Source: Minisyncoccota bacterium
GTDB lineage: Bacteria > Patescibacteriota > Minisyncoccia > Phycocordibacterales > UBA12079
Assembly: GCA_023140255.1 (NCBI GenBank)
Contig: JAGLLX010000010.1
Span: 19,774-83,773 of the forward strand
Reading direction: 5' to 3'
Length of the DNA stretch: 64,000 bases
In this document: positions 29,665 through 38,065 of the stretch, piece after piece
How the letters are laid out: every line of letters starts with the position of its first letter
Position numbering within the stretch: the stretch's first letter is position 1
Made by a program: the position numbers and the translations under genes
The notes under the pieces: model-generated
The model's database searches: none
Told to the model about the DNA's origin: nothing
Seen by the model: the letters and a program-made list of their open reading frames with translations, nothing else

Positions 29665-29764
29665 CCCGTTAGAGATAATCTGCTTTTGACAGATAATCTT
29701 AAGTTAACTAATAATTTTTTATTCCCGTTTTATTTATTCTTTCTAAATCTCTAACGGGATTCAT
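29660..29764 (-). mobile_element. Start-codon-associated inverted-repeat element, copy B
   Basis: Minus strand ATGAA-tcccgttagaga...tctctaacggg-ATGAA; the second ATG starts the gene at 29664. Confidence 0.75.
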
Positions 29765-29908
29765 CTTTTTGTTATCCAATCATCTTTAATGATTGATTAT
29801 AAATTAATAACTATATACATATTATTTTACACCATTTTATTAAAAAACTAAACAGGTCAAATATGACCCGTTTAGTTTTTACTATTTTTTGCTTTTTTAT
29901 ACTATTTT

Positions 29909-30133
29909 CTATTGCTCATCTACATCATCATAAGAATCTAGGTCATCTTCATCATTGCCTTCTTCTTTTTCTTTTGCTTTTTCTTCAGTATCATTTAAAT
30001 CTTCTTCTACAAGACCCTCTTCTACTGAGTCATCAACAACATCTTCTTCTAAAGAATCTTCTGAGATTGCTCCTCCGTTGATGATGTCATCATCTGTAGG
30101 AACAACTTCACTATTATTTAATTCATTATCCAT
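29909..30133 (-). CDS. Small, highly acidic hypothetical protein
   Basis: ATG start, D/E-rich, followed by a hairpin terminator. Confidence 0.65.
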   Translation of the reverse strand: MDNELNNSEVVPTDDDIINGGAISEDSLEEDVVDDSVEEGLVEEDLNDTEEKAKEKEEGNDEDDLDSYDDVDEQ

Positions 30134-30289
30134 AATTTTATTTTATTTTATTTAAAATTAAGCTACTTAATAATTTACATTGATTATTTTATAATCTATC
30201 TTTTGAAATTTCAAGATTTATCTGTGGATAATCATAACAAATTAAAAACTTCGTTCAGACCAAAAATCTGAACGAAGCTAATATTTTTT

Positions 30290-30781
30290 TCACTTTTTTA
30301 AAAAAAGCATCGCTGATCCTACAAATAACAGCAATAACCCTCCAAACTGTACCCAACTAAAAGGAAACGCTGGAAAAACTGTAGGAAACATTTTTCCACA
30401 AATCCACGAAAAAATATAAACTAGAGAATTTCCTACCCCTACTACAGCAAAAGGGATAGCAGGGTTAGATACTGCTTTTTCTCCAACAGTACTCATAGCT
30501 TGCACTAGCAAAATATTTGAAGGTCCTCCAATAACAAGTCCTAAGCAAAAAATAAAAAGGCAAGCTTTAAAAGGGGTTACATACCTAATTAATGGAATTG
30601 ATGAAATACTAGCCATAACTAACATGGACAAAAAACACCCCAAAAACCAAAAAATAAAATAGGAATCAGGTGTTAGTCCTTGTCTTTCAAGAACAGGCAT
30701 ACAAATCAACATCAATATCAACCCTAAAAGTGAAACTCCTGTCTTTAATTGCCAAGACCAATTTATTGCGAAAGATAACAT
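30290..30781 (-). CDS. Hypothetical membrane protein (DMT/EamA-like)
   Basis: About 5 TM; strong SD aaggagga. Confidence 0.65.
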   Translation of the reverse strand: MLSFAINWSWQLKTGVSLLGLILMLICMPVLERQGLTPDSYFIFWFLGCFLSMLVMASISSIPLIRYVTPFKACLFIFCLGLVIGGPSNILLVQAMSTVGEKAVSNPAIPFAVVGVGNSLVYIFSWICGKMFPTVFPAFPFSWVQFGGLLLLFVGSAMLFLKK

Positions 30782-30870
30782 TTTCTCCTCCTTTTTTATA
30801 AACTTTAAATAATTAAAAAATAAACATCTAAAATAGATAATACCTTAAATTAACTTATAAATAAAGATCA

Positions 30871-32082
30871 TCACTTTTTACTATATCCCTTTAAAAACTC
30901 TTCTTTAAATTCAAAAAAATTATCATCCAAAATTGACTGACGAATTTTTTCAACCAAGTTTACAATAAAATATAAATTATGAATTGAAGCTAAAGTTCCT
31001 GCTAGCATTTCTTTTGATCTAAATAAATGTGATAAATAAGCTTTCGTATAATTCTGACAAACATAACAATCACAACTTTCATCTATTTTTGAAAGATCAA
31101 TTTTATACTTAGCATTTAAAATATTTATTTTTCCACTCTTAGTATATAAAGTTCCATTTCTAGCAATCCGAGTAGGAGCAACACAGTCAAATAAATCTAC
31201 CCCATTTTGGATTCCTCCAAAAAGATCTTCTGGTTCCCCTATTCCTAATAAATGCCGAGGTTTTTCTTCCGGTAAAATTGTATTTACCCAAGCTACTGCA
31301 GTGTTCATATCTTCTTTATCAAAAGACCCTCCTATCCCAAACCCATCAAAATCCATCTGTGAAATTACCTTAGCTGATTCTTTTCTTAAGTCCTCAAATC
31401 GCCCTCCCTGAACTATCCCAAATAAAGCTTGTTGCTTTTGTGTAGTCTCTGAAATTCCTAGTTTTTTGTGCTGATTTAAGCTTCTTTCAGCCCAACGATG
31501 AGTTCTATCCATAGCCTCCTTCTGATAGCCAAAATTGGCTTGTGGAGAGGTGCACTCATCAAAAGCAAAGATTATATCAGCCCCTATATTATGCTGTATT
31601 TCGATTGATTTTTCAGGTGTAAAGCGATGTTTAGATCCATCTAAAACAGACCGAAAATCAACCCCATCTTCATCAATTTTTACCAATTTCCCTGACTTAG
31701 CTGTTGGAGAGCTAAGAGTTTCGTTTTCTTCAGTTTTTTGAGCTATTTTGGTAACAGAAGTCCCCCAAGCATCCCCTAATGAAAAAACTTGAAAACCTCC
31801 CGAATCAGTCATTGTGGGTCCTTTCCAATTCATAAATTTAGCAAAACCACCTGCTTTTTTAATTAATTCATCTCCGGGTTGTAAATATAAGTGATAAGTA
31901 TTAGCCAAAACAACTTGAGAACCTATCTCTTTTATTTGTTCAGGTGTCAAAGCTTTTACAGTTGCCTTAGTTCCTACATTTACAAAAGCAGGGGTATTAA
32001 TATTCCCTGAAGGAGTTTTCAAAACACCAACTCTAGCTAATTCATTTTTTAATTTTTTTTCTATTTTAAATTCCATATTCAA
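30871..32082 (-). CDS. tgt: tRNA-guanine transglycosylase
   Basis: LANTYHL, TDSGGFQVFSL, FDEC, GIVQGG and DLFDCVAPTR motifs; Zn site CDCYVC...H. Confidence 0.96.
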   Translation of the reverse strand: MNMEFKIEKKLKNELARVGVLKTPSGNINTPAFVNVGTKATVKALTPEQIKEIGSQVVLANTYHLYLQPGDELIKKAGGFAKFMNWKGPTMTDSGGFQVFSLGDAWGTSVTKIAQKTEENETLSSPTAKSGKLVKIDEDGVDFRSVLDGSKHRFTPEKSIEIQHNIGADIIFAFDECTSPQANFGYQKEAMDRTHRWAERSLNQHKKLGISETTQKQQALFGIVQGGRFEDLRKESAKVISQMDFDGFGIGGSFDKEDMNTAVAWVNTILPEEKPRHLLGIGEPEDLFGGIQNGVDLFDCVAPTRIARNGTLYTKSGKINILNAKYKIDLSKIDESCDCYVCQNYTKAYLSHLFRSKEMLAGTLASIHNLYFIVNLVEKIRQSILDDNFFEFKEEFLKGYSKK

Positions 32083-32257
32083 TTTATTTTTACTTATTGA
32101 AACTAATGATATATCATTTAATATTTTTTATAAAGCCAGTTTTATTAAATTACTTTTTTTTAATAAATATCAATAAAAAAGGAGCGCTCATCCAAAAGAT
32201 GACCGCTCTGTTTATAAAAATTAAATTAAGACAACCCCAATTCTTTTTTAGGAAATA

Positions 32258-32452
32258 TTATACACGAACAACTTTAACCTTTTTCTTTTTCTTACTATTT
32301 GAGGTTTCCCTTAGCCCTATCTTTAAAGCCTCTTTCTCGTTATTAAACGAAAAAGCTCGTTCTTGTTTATGCCCCCAAAACCAAAGACCTAATATTTTTA
32401 CCAACCATTGTGTCCCTTTTTTTAAGGTTCTACAAACAATATATTTTTCCAT
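32258..32452 (-). CDS. Small basic hypothetical protein
   Basis: SD agaggtg upstream; hairpin downstream. Confidence 0.55.
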   Translation of the reverse strand: MEKYIVCRTLKKGTQWLVKILGLWFWGHKQERAFSFNNEKEALKIGLRETSNSKKKKKVKVVRV

Positions 32453-32542
32453 AATAGCACCTCTTTTTTAGAAAAATTATAAAAAGATAATAATAAACAA
32501 TCTAATTATTATTTTATATGTATTTTCTAAAATAACAAGCAT

Positions 32543-33544
32543 TTATAAACTGAAATCACTTAAAGAATACAATTCTTCATCATTTTCATCTTCAGATTGT
32601 GTAGCTGTAAAAGTATTGTCATTCTCACTTAACATTTCTTCTCTTTCATTTTTAATAAAATCAGGATTGTTTTTTTCAAAATTATTTAAAATTATATTTG
32701 CATCATTTTCGACAGCTATTTCATTTTTTAGAATACCAACTATTTTTTTAATATCATCATTAGTAAAGAAATCAATAACTAATTTTCCTCCTGTCTTTTT
32801 CTTTTCTATTTGAACCCTAGTTCCTAATGACTCTGCCAAAGTTTCTTCAAACTCCATTAATTCTGGATCAATAGCAAAATCTTTTTTTCTAACTTTATCA
32901 TAAGCAATTCTTCTCGCTATTTTTTCAGAGTCTCTAACTGACATCTTTTTATAAATGATCTCTTTATATAATGTCATTTGTTCTTGAGGACGATCTTTTA
33001 GCATTAAAATTGGTCTTGTATGCCCTTCAAGAATTTGTCCACTAGCAACAGCTTCCATAATTTCCTCAGGTAAAGCTAAAAGTCTCATTGTATTAGTTAC
33101 ATATTCACGACTTTTTCCCACCTTCTTTCCAATATCAATATGTTTTAAACTGAATTCTTCAATCAACCTCTCAAATGCTTTCGCTCTATCAATAGGGTTT
33201 AAATCTTCTCTTTGTAAATTTTCAATGATAGCTAACTCTAATCTCAAAGCATCGTCTCCTTCATCATCATGAATAATCACAGGGACCTGTGCTAAACCTG
33301 CTAATTTAGAAGCTCTTAATCTTCTTTCTCCAGCAATTAATTCATAAACAGTAGTTAATCCCCCATCCTCCTTTTGTTCTTCTCTACGAGTAACTACTAA
33401 AGGTTGCAATACACCGTATTGCCTAATTGATTCTGATAAAGAATTTAATTTTAGATGATCAAATTCTCGTCTTGGTTGAAAAGGGTTAGGGTTTATTTTT
33501 TCTACTTCTATCCAGTAAATGGAACTATCTTTTTGGTATGACAT
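32543..33544 (-). CDS. parB: ParB/Spo0J partition protein
   Basis: NPFQPRREF, LIAGERRLRA and IENLQREDL motifs. Confidence 0.93.
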   Translation of the reverse strand: MSYQKDSSIYWIEVEKINPNPFQPRREFDHLKLNSLSESIRQYGVLQPLVVTRREEQKEDGGLTTVYELIAGERRLRASKLAGLAQVPVIIHDDEGDDALRLELAIIENLQREDLNPIDRAKAFERLIEEFSLKHIDIGKKVGKSREYVTNTMRLLALPEEIMEAVASGQILEGHTRPILMLKDRPQEQMTLYKEIIYKKMSVRDSEKIARRIAYDKVRKKDFAIDPELMEFEETLAESLGTRVQIEKKKTGGKLVIDFFTNDDIKKIVGILKNEIAVENDANIILNNFEKNNPDFIKNEREEMLSENDNTFTATQSEDENDEELYSLSDFSL

Positions 33545-33656
33545 GTTTAGTTATTAAATTATATATTATGTCTTTTATTTTAACATAAAAATTAAATTAT
33601 TGAAAAAAAAGGTTAATTACTCTATAATACTAAAATAGATTTAATTAATTGTGCCT

Positions 33657-33738
33657 GCCGGAGTGGCGGAATTGGTAGACGCGCACGACTCAAAATCGTG
33701 TAGGGCAACCTGTGAGAGTTCGATTCTCTCCTCCGGCA
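33657..33738 (+). tRNA. tRNA-Leu(CAA)
   Basis: GCCGGAG/CTCCGGC acceptor stem; cacga-ctCAAaa-tcgtg; long variable arm. Confidence 0.96.
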
Positions 33739-33944
33739 CATAAAACAAAGAACCCAAAGCATTTAGCTTTGGGTAATTTTGTTTTAGTGTTGAGGAGTAA
33801 ATCGAAACGAACGAAGTATATTTTCCGTAATGAAGTGAAGGAAAATACGAGTGAGCGGGGTCGCGAGTTCTTAACGAAGACGAGTCTGCAAGGCGAAGTC
33901 TGAGTTTAGAACTGGAGACCGATTCTCTCCTCCGGCACATAAAA
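33739..33944 (+). repeat. tRNA-3'-duplicating structured element
   Basis: 25-bp direct repeat 33721-33745/33920-33944; degenerate antisense copy at 33787-33806. Confidence 0.8.
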
Positions 33945-33964
33945 TAATACTTATCCAAAAAAGC

Positions 33965-33992
33965 TTGACAAATATTTTAGATATGTTATTTT
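33965..33992 (+). promoter_or_regulatory. Candidate sigma70 promoter
   Basis: TTGACA-16 nt-(TGn)TATTTT. Confidence 0.45.
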
Positions 33993-34081
33993 TATGTACA
34001 GTTGTATCTTTTGTGGAAGTAAAGAATTTGTTGGGCTGTCTGACAAATATCTTAATTTCACATCCAAAAAGGAGAAAGGCT

Positions 34082-34204
34082 ATGAAAAAGCTCTGGAAAT
34101 CAACAGCAAACCCGCCCGGGTCAACAAGCAAATCTTTTAAAATAATTTTTGATTCCGCCGCCCCCGGTCACGGACCCGATACCGCCACCCAAAAACGAGA
34201 ATGA
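34082..34204 (+). CDS. Possible 40-aa peptide
   Basis: SD aaggagaaagg before ATG; MKKLWKSTANPPGSTSKSFKIIFDSAAPGHGPDTATQKRE*. Confidence 0.4.
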   Translation: MKKLWKSTANPPGSTSKSFKIIFDSAAPGHGPDTATQKRE

Positions 34205-34428
34205 CGGCGATAATCCGGTCCAGCACCGATCCTTCCTCCAACGATGGAGTCGATACGGATCGGTGCTTGCAGTAAAAGGTTTTGGTGGAGTCCTAATATT
34301 AAGAGGATGTGGAAGCCAGAGTCTTGGGAGAAACGAGTATTCACCCTCTCCCAAAAATGAATGTATGTCGTAGTAGCCGACCAAAAAAAGTTACTATCCG
34401 GTGACATTAATCTGTCACCCAACCCCTC
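34205..34428 (+). ncRNA. Candidate GC-rich structured RNA (unassigned)
   Basis: GC-rich relative to flanks; stems agcaccgatcc/ggatcggtgct, ttgggaga/tctcccaa and ggtgaca/tgtcacc. Confidence 0.35.
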
Positions 34429-34464
34429 AGGGGCGCCCAATCATAATTGGGGCGCCCCTTTTTT
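34429..34464 (+). terminator. Strong intrinsic terminator
   Basis: aggggcgcccaat-cata-attggggcgcccct followed by a T tract. Confidence 0.8.
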
Positions 34465-34513
34465 ATATTTAAAATGTCGGCTACCATATAGCCAGCATTC
34501 AATATTTTGGGGT

Positions 34514-34543
34514 TTTACTATTCCAGTTAACTGGAATAGTAAA
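34514..34543. repeat. 30-bp perfect palindrome
   Basis: tttactattccagtt|aactggaatagtaaa; related interrupted copy at 45853-45906. Confidence 0.85.
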
Positions 34544-34633
34544 GACCAAAATACTAAACTTCTCACAGAAATAAACAAAATTTAAATTTGTTCATACTAA
34601 AAACTAATTACTATAAACTAACTTACTGAAGTG

Positions 34634-34706
34634 AGCCACCTGTCAGATTCGAACTGACGACCTACGGTTTACAAAACCGTTGCTCTACCAACTGAGCTAA
34701 GGTGGC
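34634..34706 (-). tRNA. tRNA-Thr(TGT)
   Basis: GCCACCT/AGGTGGC acceptor stem; acggt-ttTGTaa-accgt. Confidence 0.96.
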
Positions 34707-34744
34707 TTGATGTTTAATTATGTTATCATATTTTCAATAAATCT

Positions 34745-34922
34745 AAAACCGTTGCTCCGCCTATTTCCTATCTCGCTATCGCTCGATAACGGAAATTTTT
34801 TCTTTTAGAAAAATCGGATGAAAAACAAGTAGGTTTGTTTTTCCTTCAACTGCCCGTCCAAGACGGGTCAGCCTTGGGCTGAAGCTAAGATGGCTTGGTG
34901 TTTAATTATATTATCATATTTT
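34745..34922 (-). pseudogene. Decayed duplicate of the tRNA-Thr promoter and 5' half, with two insertions
   Basis: Segments gccatcttagct / cagttg / gagcaacggtttt are collinear with tRNA-Thr; upstream flank also duplicated. Confidence 0.75.
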
Positions 34923-34937
34923 TCTAGAAATTCAATA

Positions 34938-35324
34938 CTAAAATCTTAGTTCATCTCTATCCTCTAAAGCCTTATTTTTATGTTCTTCTATATTTTTTAA
35001 ATAATCTGAATTAGGTGCCGCAATTTTTTGTTTATATAATTTATCAATCTGATTATTAGTTCTTTTAATTATTTTATTTTTAAGTAAAATAACTTTTCTT
35101 TTAATTTTAAATAAAAATTCTGTTCCCTCCAATAGCAATAAAATCAAAAGTTTTTTTAAATATTTTCTCAATAAAAGAAATAATTTTTCAAAAAAATCAT
35201 CGCTTCTTTGCATAAATCCAGAACTTACAAAATTCATCCAAAATTTTAATCTAGACCCTTTGAAAATAAGCATCAAACAAACAAGAATCCCTGATATTAA
35301 TATACTTACTATTAAATAAATCAT
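34938..35324 (-). CDS. Hypothetical membrane-anchored protein
   Basis: N-terminal TM, basic helical body, SDYLKNIEEHK tail. Confidence 0.7.
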   Translation of the reverse strand: MIYLIVSILISGILVCLMLIFKGSRLKFWMNFVSSGFMQRSDDFFEKLFLLLRKYLKKLLILLLLEGTEFLFKIKRKVILLKNKIIKRTNNQIDKLYKQKIAAPNSDYLKNIEEHKNKALEDRDELRF

Positions 35325-35352
35325 ATGATCTTTTTATAGTTTTTGGGCTTAA

Positions 35353-35934
35353 TTAAATTGAAAAACGTACAAAATTTCCAATTTCAATTTTTTCCCCAAA
35401 TTTTTGAGTTCCTTCTTGGATTAAAGTAGCAATTGTTTTACTAGGATCTTTAATGAACTCTTGTTCTAGTAAAATTTTACTTTTAAAATGAGCGTCTAAT
35501 TTTCCTTCTAAAATCTTTGCTTGCATTTCTTCTGGCTTATCAGCAACTTCTGTTTGAAAAACTTCAATAGCTTTTGCTCTAGCTTCTTCTGAAATCTCTT
35601 CTTTTTTCAAGAATAAAGGAGCTGTAGCCGTAATTTGCATAGCAATATCATAAGCTAAAGCTTGAAAATCTTCATTTTTAGCTACAAAATCTGTCTCACA
35701 TAATAATTCTATCATTGAACCAGCAGAACCGCCAGTATGAATATAAGATTTCACAATTCCTGAACCAAGATTTCTACCTGATTTCTTTTCTGCTATTTGT
35801 TTAGATTGTTTACTAAGTAAAATAACTGCTTTTTCCATATCACCACCTGCTTCTTCCAAAGCTTTCTTACACTGCATAACAGAAATACCTGTTTTATCTC
35901 TTAATTCCTTTACTTGTTCTGTTGTTATTTGCAT
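35353..35934 (-). CDS. tsf: Elongation factor Ts (short form)
   Basis: VKELRDKTG..MQCKKAL and CETDFVA motifs. Confidence 0.97.
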   Translation of the reverse strand: MQITTEQVKELRDKTGISVMQCKKALEEAGGDMEKAVILLSKQSKQIAEKKSGRNLGSGIVKSYIHTGGSAGSMIELLCETDFVAKNEDFQALAYDIAMQITATAPLFLKKEEISEEARAKAIEVFQTEVADKPEEMQAKILEGKLDAHFKSKILLEQEFIKDPSKTIATLIQEGTQKFGEKIEIGNFVRFSI

Positions 35935-35992
35935 ATTAATTTATAGTTAATAAAAGAAAAATCGCTCTACGATTTTTCTTTATTTTAATGTT

Positions 35993-36718
35993 TTAATTTT
36001 CTAGTGTTTTAATGTCTTTAGCTTTACATACAGAAGCTATTTCTCCTGCGAAAAATTCAATACTTTCCTTGGATGAATCATTAGCTAAAATAGGATAATC
36101 TATATCTCTAATATTGCAATCTGAATTAGCCAAAGCAATAACAGGAATATTTTTCAGAATAGCTTCTTTAACAGCGATTGCTTCATGTTTTGGATCTATA
36201 ACAAACAAAGCTGCGGGTAATGTTTTCATATTAGAAATTCCTAAGAACTTTCTTTCTAATTTTGCAATCTGTTTATCAATTTGCAATCTTTCTTTTTTAG
36301 TATATTTTACTAATTCTCCCTTCTCTCTTTCATCAGTTAATTTTAAAAGTAATTCAACTCTTTTCTTAGTCATATCAAAATTAGTCAAAGCTCCTCCTAC
36401 CCAACGATTATAAACAACTGGCATTCCTACTCCTTCAGCAATTGTTTGTAATATATTTTTTGACTCACTTTTAGAACCAACAAAAAGAATTTGAGCTCCT
36501 GCTTTTTCAAATAAAGATTTAACAAATTCTTTTGTCTCTTCTAAAGAAGAATATGTTTTTTCTAAATCAAAAATTTCAACACCGTTTTTAGCACCAAAAA
36601 TAAAAGGCTTCACAGAAGGATGTCTTTTTGTCCGAGTATATGCATAATGAGCCCCTACTTCAAACATTTTTTCTATTTGAGCTATATCTTTTATTTCATT
36701 AGTTTTTTCAGTTTTCAT
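35993..36718 (-). CDS. rpsB: 30S ribosomal protein S2
   Basis: GAHY, RWVGGALTNF and ANDSSKESI motifs; ATG 36718 preferred over TTG 36724. Confidence 0.95.
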   Translation of the reverse strand: MKTEKTNEIKDIAQIEKMFEVGAHYAYTRTKRHPSVKPFIFGAKNGVEIFDLEKTYSSLEETKEFVKSLFEKAGAQILFVGSKSESKNILQTIAEGVGMPVVYNRWVGGALTNFDMTKKRVELLLKLTDEREKGELVKYTKKERLQIDKQIAKLERKFLGISNMKTLPAALFVIDPKHEAIAVKEAILKNIPVIALANSDCNIRDIDYPILANDSSKESIEFFAGEIASVCKAKDIKTLEN

Positions 36719-36769
36719 ACCCAAGAGTTTAGCAAATTACAGTTATTTTGTAAACCTAAATATAATAAA

Positions 36770-37642
36770 TTAAGCTTTATTTATTAAATCACCCAACTCC
36801 CCATCTTCAATGACCTTATTTATATCCCTAATTTCAACCCCAGAACGATGATCCTTAATCATTTGGTAGGGATGAAATACATAGGAACGTATTTGATTTC
36901 CCCATTCTATACTTGTAATTTTGCTTATTTTTGAGATATCTTCTTTTTCTAATTGTTCTTCTTTTAATTTTTTATAAAGCTTAGCTTCTAAAATACTCAT
37001 AGCTTTTTCTTTATTGGCATTCTGAGTTCTTTCTGAATCTATACGCACAGAAATATCTGATGAAATATGTACCAATCTAACAGCAGTGTCTCTTTTATTT
37101 ACATTTTGTCCTCCTGGACCACTAGATCTTGAAAATTCTACCTTCAAGTCATCATCCTCTATTTTTACTTCTCCAATTTTCTTAAATTTAGGAATTACTT
37201 CCACCATTGAAAAAGAAGTATGTCTTTTTTGGTTAGCATTAAAGGGAGATAACCTGACTAAACGATGCACACCCGATTCGTTTTTTAGTTCTCCATAAGC
37301 CCCATTCCCTTTCACTTCAAAAGTAATATTTCTAAAACCACCATGTTCATTTTCATTCTTGTGTAATAAAAAAATTTTCCAACCTTGGTTTTCAGCAAAT
37401 TTATAATACATTTTATATAGAATCTTAGAAAAATCTTCTGCATCTAAACCACCAGCACCAGAAAAAATAGTTATGATAGCATTTCCTATATCATATTTAT
37501 CTTTTCCTTCAATTTCAGCTTTTTTCTCTTGAATCTGTTGAAGGACTGACTGAGCCCGTTCTTTATCTTGCCAAAAATCCCCCTTCAACATTTCTTTTTC
37601 TAGAATTTCTAATTCTTTTTTTAGATCTTTCTCTTTTTCCAT
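36770..37642 (-). CDS. prfB: Peptide chain release factor 2 (short N-terminal domain)
   Basis: GVHRLVRLSPF (SPF), GPGGQNVN and WGNQIRSY motifs; ATG at 37642. Confidence 0.92.
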   Translation of the reverse strand: MEKEKDLKKELEILEKEMLKGDFWQDKERAQSVLQQIQEKKAEIEGKDKYDIGNAIITIFSGAGGLDAEDFSKILYKMYYKFAENQGWKIFLLHKNENEHGGFRNITFEVKGNGAYGELKNESGVHRLVRLSPFNANQKRHTSFSMVEVIPKFKKIGEVKIEDDDLKVEFSRSSGPGGQNVNKRDTAVRLVHISSDISVRIDSERTQNANKEKAMSILEAKLYKKLKEEQLEKEDISKISKITSIEWGNQIRSYVFHPYQMIKDHRSGVEIRDINKVIEDGELGDLINKA

Positions 37643-37699
37643 AAACCTTATTATAGCAAAAACCAAAGCAATTGGCTTTGGTTTTTTAAAATATTTGTG

Positions 37700-37773
37700 T
37701 GCGAATGGTAGGACTCGAACCTACGACCTCGTCATTATCAGTGACGCGCTCTAACCACCTGAGCTACACTCGC
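37700..37773 (-). tRNA. tRNA-Ile(GAT)
   Basis: cgtca-ctGATaa-tgacg; GGTTCGAGTCC T arm. Confidence 0.96.
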
Positions 37774-37837
37774 ATTAAAACCTGCTTGTATATCCCACCG
37801 ATTATATACTATTTTTTAAAAAAATTCTAGACACTTT

Positions 37838-38065
37838 CTATCCTATAAACTCAAATCTTTCTATCTCTTTCCCTTCAATATTTTTAGTTCCGATAAAATC
37901 TTCAAACGGTCTAGCCCAAATAGCATCAGAGCCAAATTCTTCTGAATCATAGAGAGCTTTGTAAATAACTAACTTCTCTAAAGATTCACTATGATTAGCA
38001 ACCCCAATTACTTCATATTCTCCTCCCTTAAAATGTCTATATTTTCCTAATTTTAAATCTTCCAT
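37838..38065 (-). CDS. DUF1653 domain protein
   Basis: GKYRHFKGGEYEVIGVANHSE...LVIYKALY...WARP...RF. Confidence 0.9.
   Translation of the reverse strand: MEDLKLGKYRHFKGGEYEVIGVANHSESLEKLVIYKALYDSEEFGSDAIWARPFEDFIGTKNIEGKEIERFEFIG

Noticed and set aside
32543-33544. parABS locus or replication origin near parB
   Set aside because: No parA is adjacent, and no parS consensus or DnaA-box cluster was seen.
33641-33958. ORFs 33641-33958(-), 33712-33903(+) and 45241-45447(+)
   Set aside because: They overlap tRNA genes and the tRNA-associated repeat; shadow ORFs.
34205-34428. tmRNA, RNase P or SRP assignment for the GC-rich region
   Set aside because: No tRNA-like ends with T loop, no GAGGAAAGUCC P4 motif and no SRP domain IV motif found on either strand by eye.
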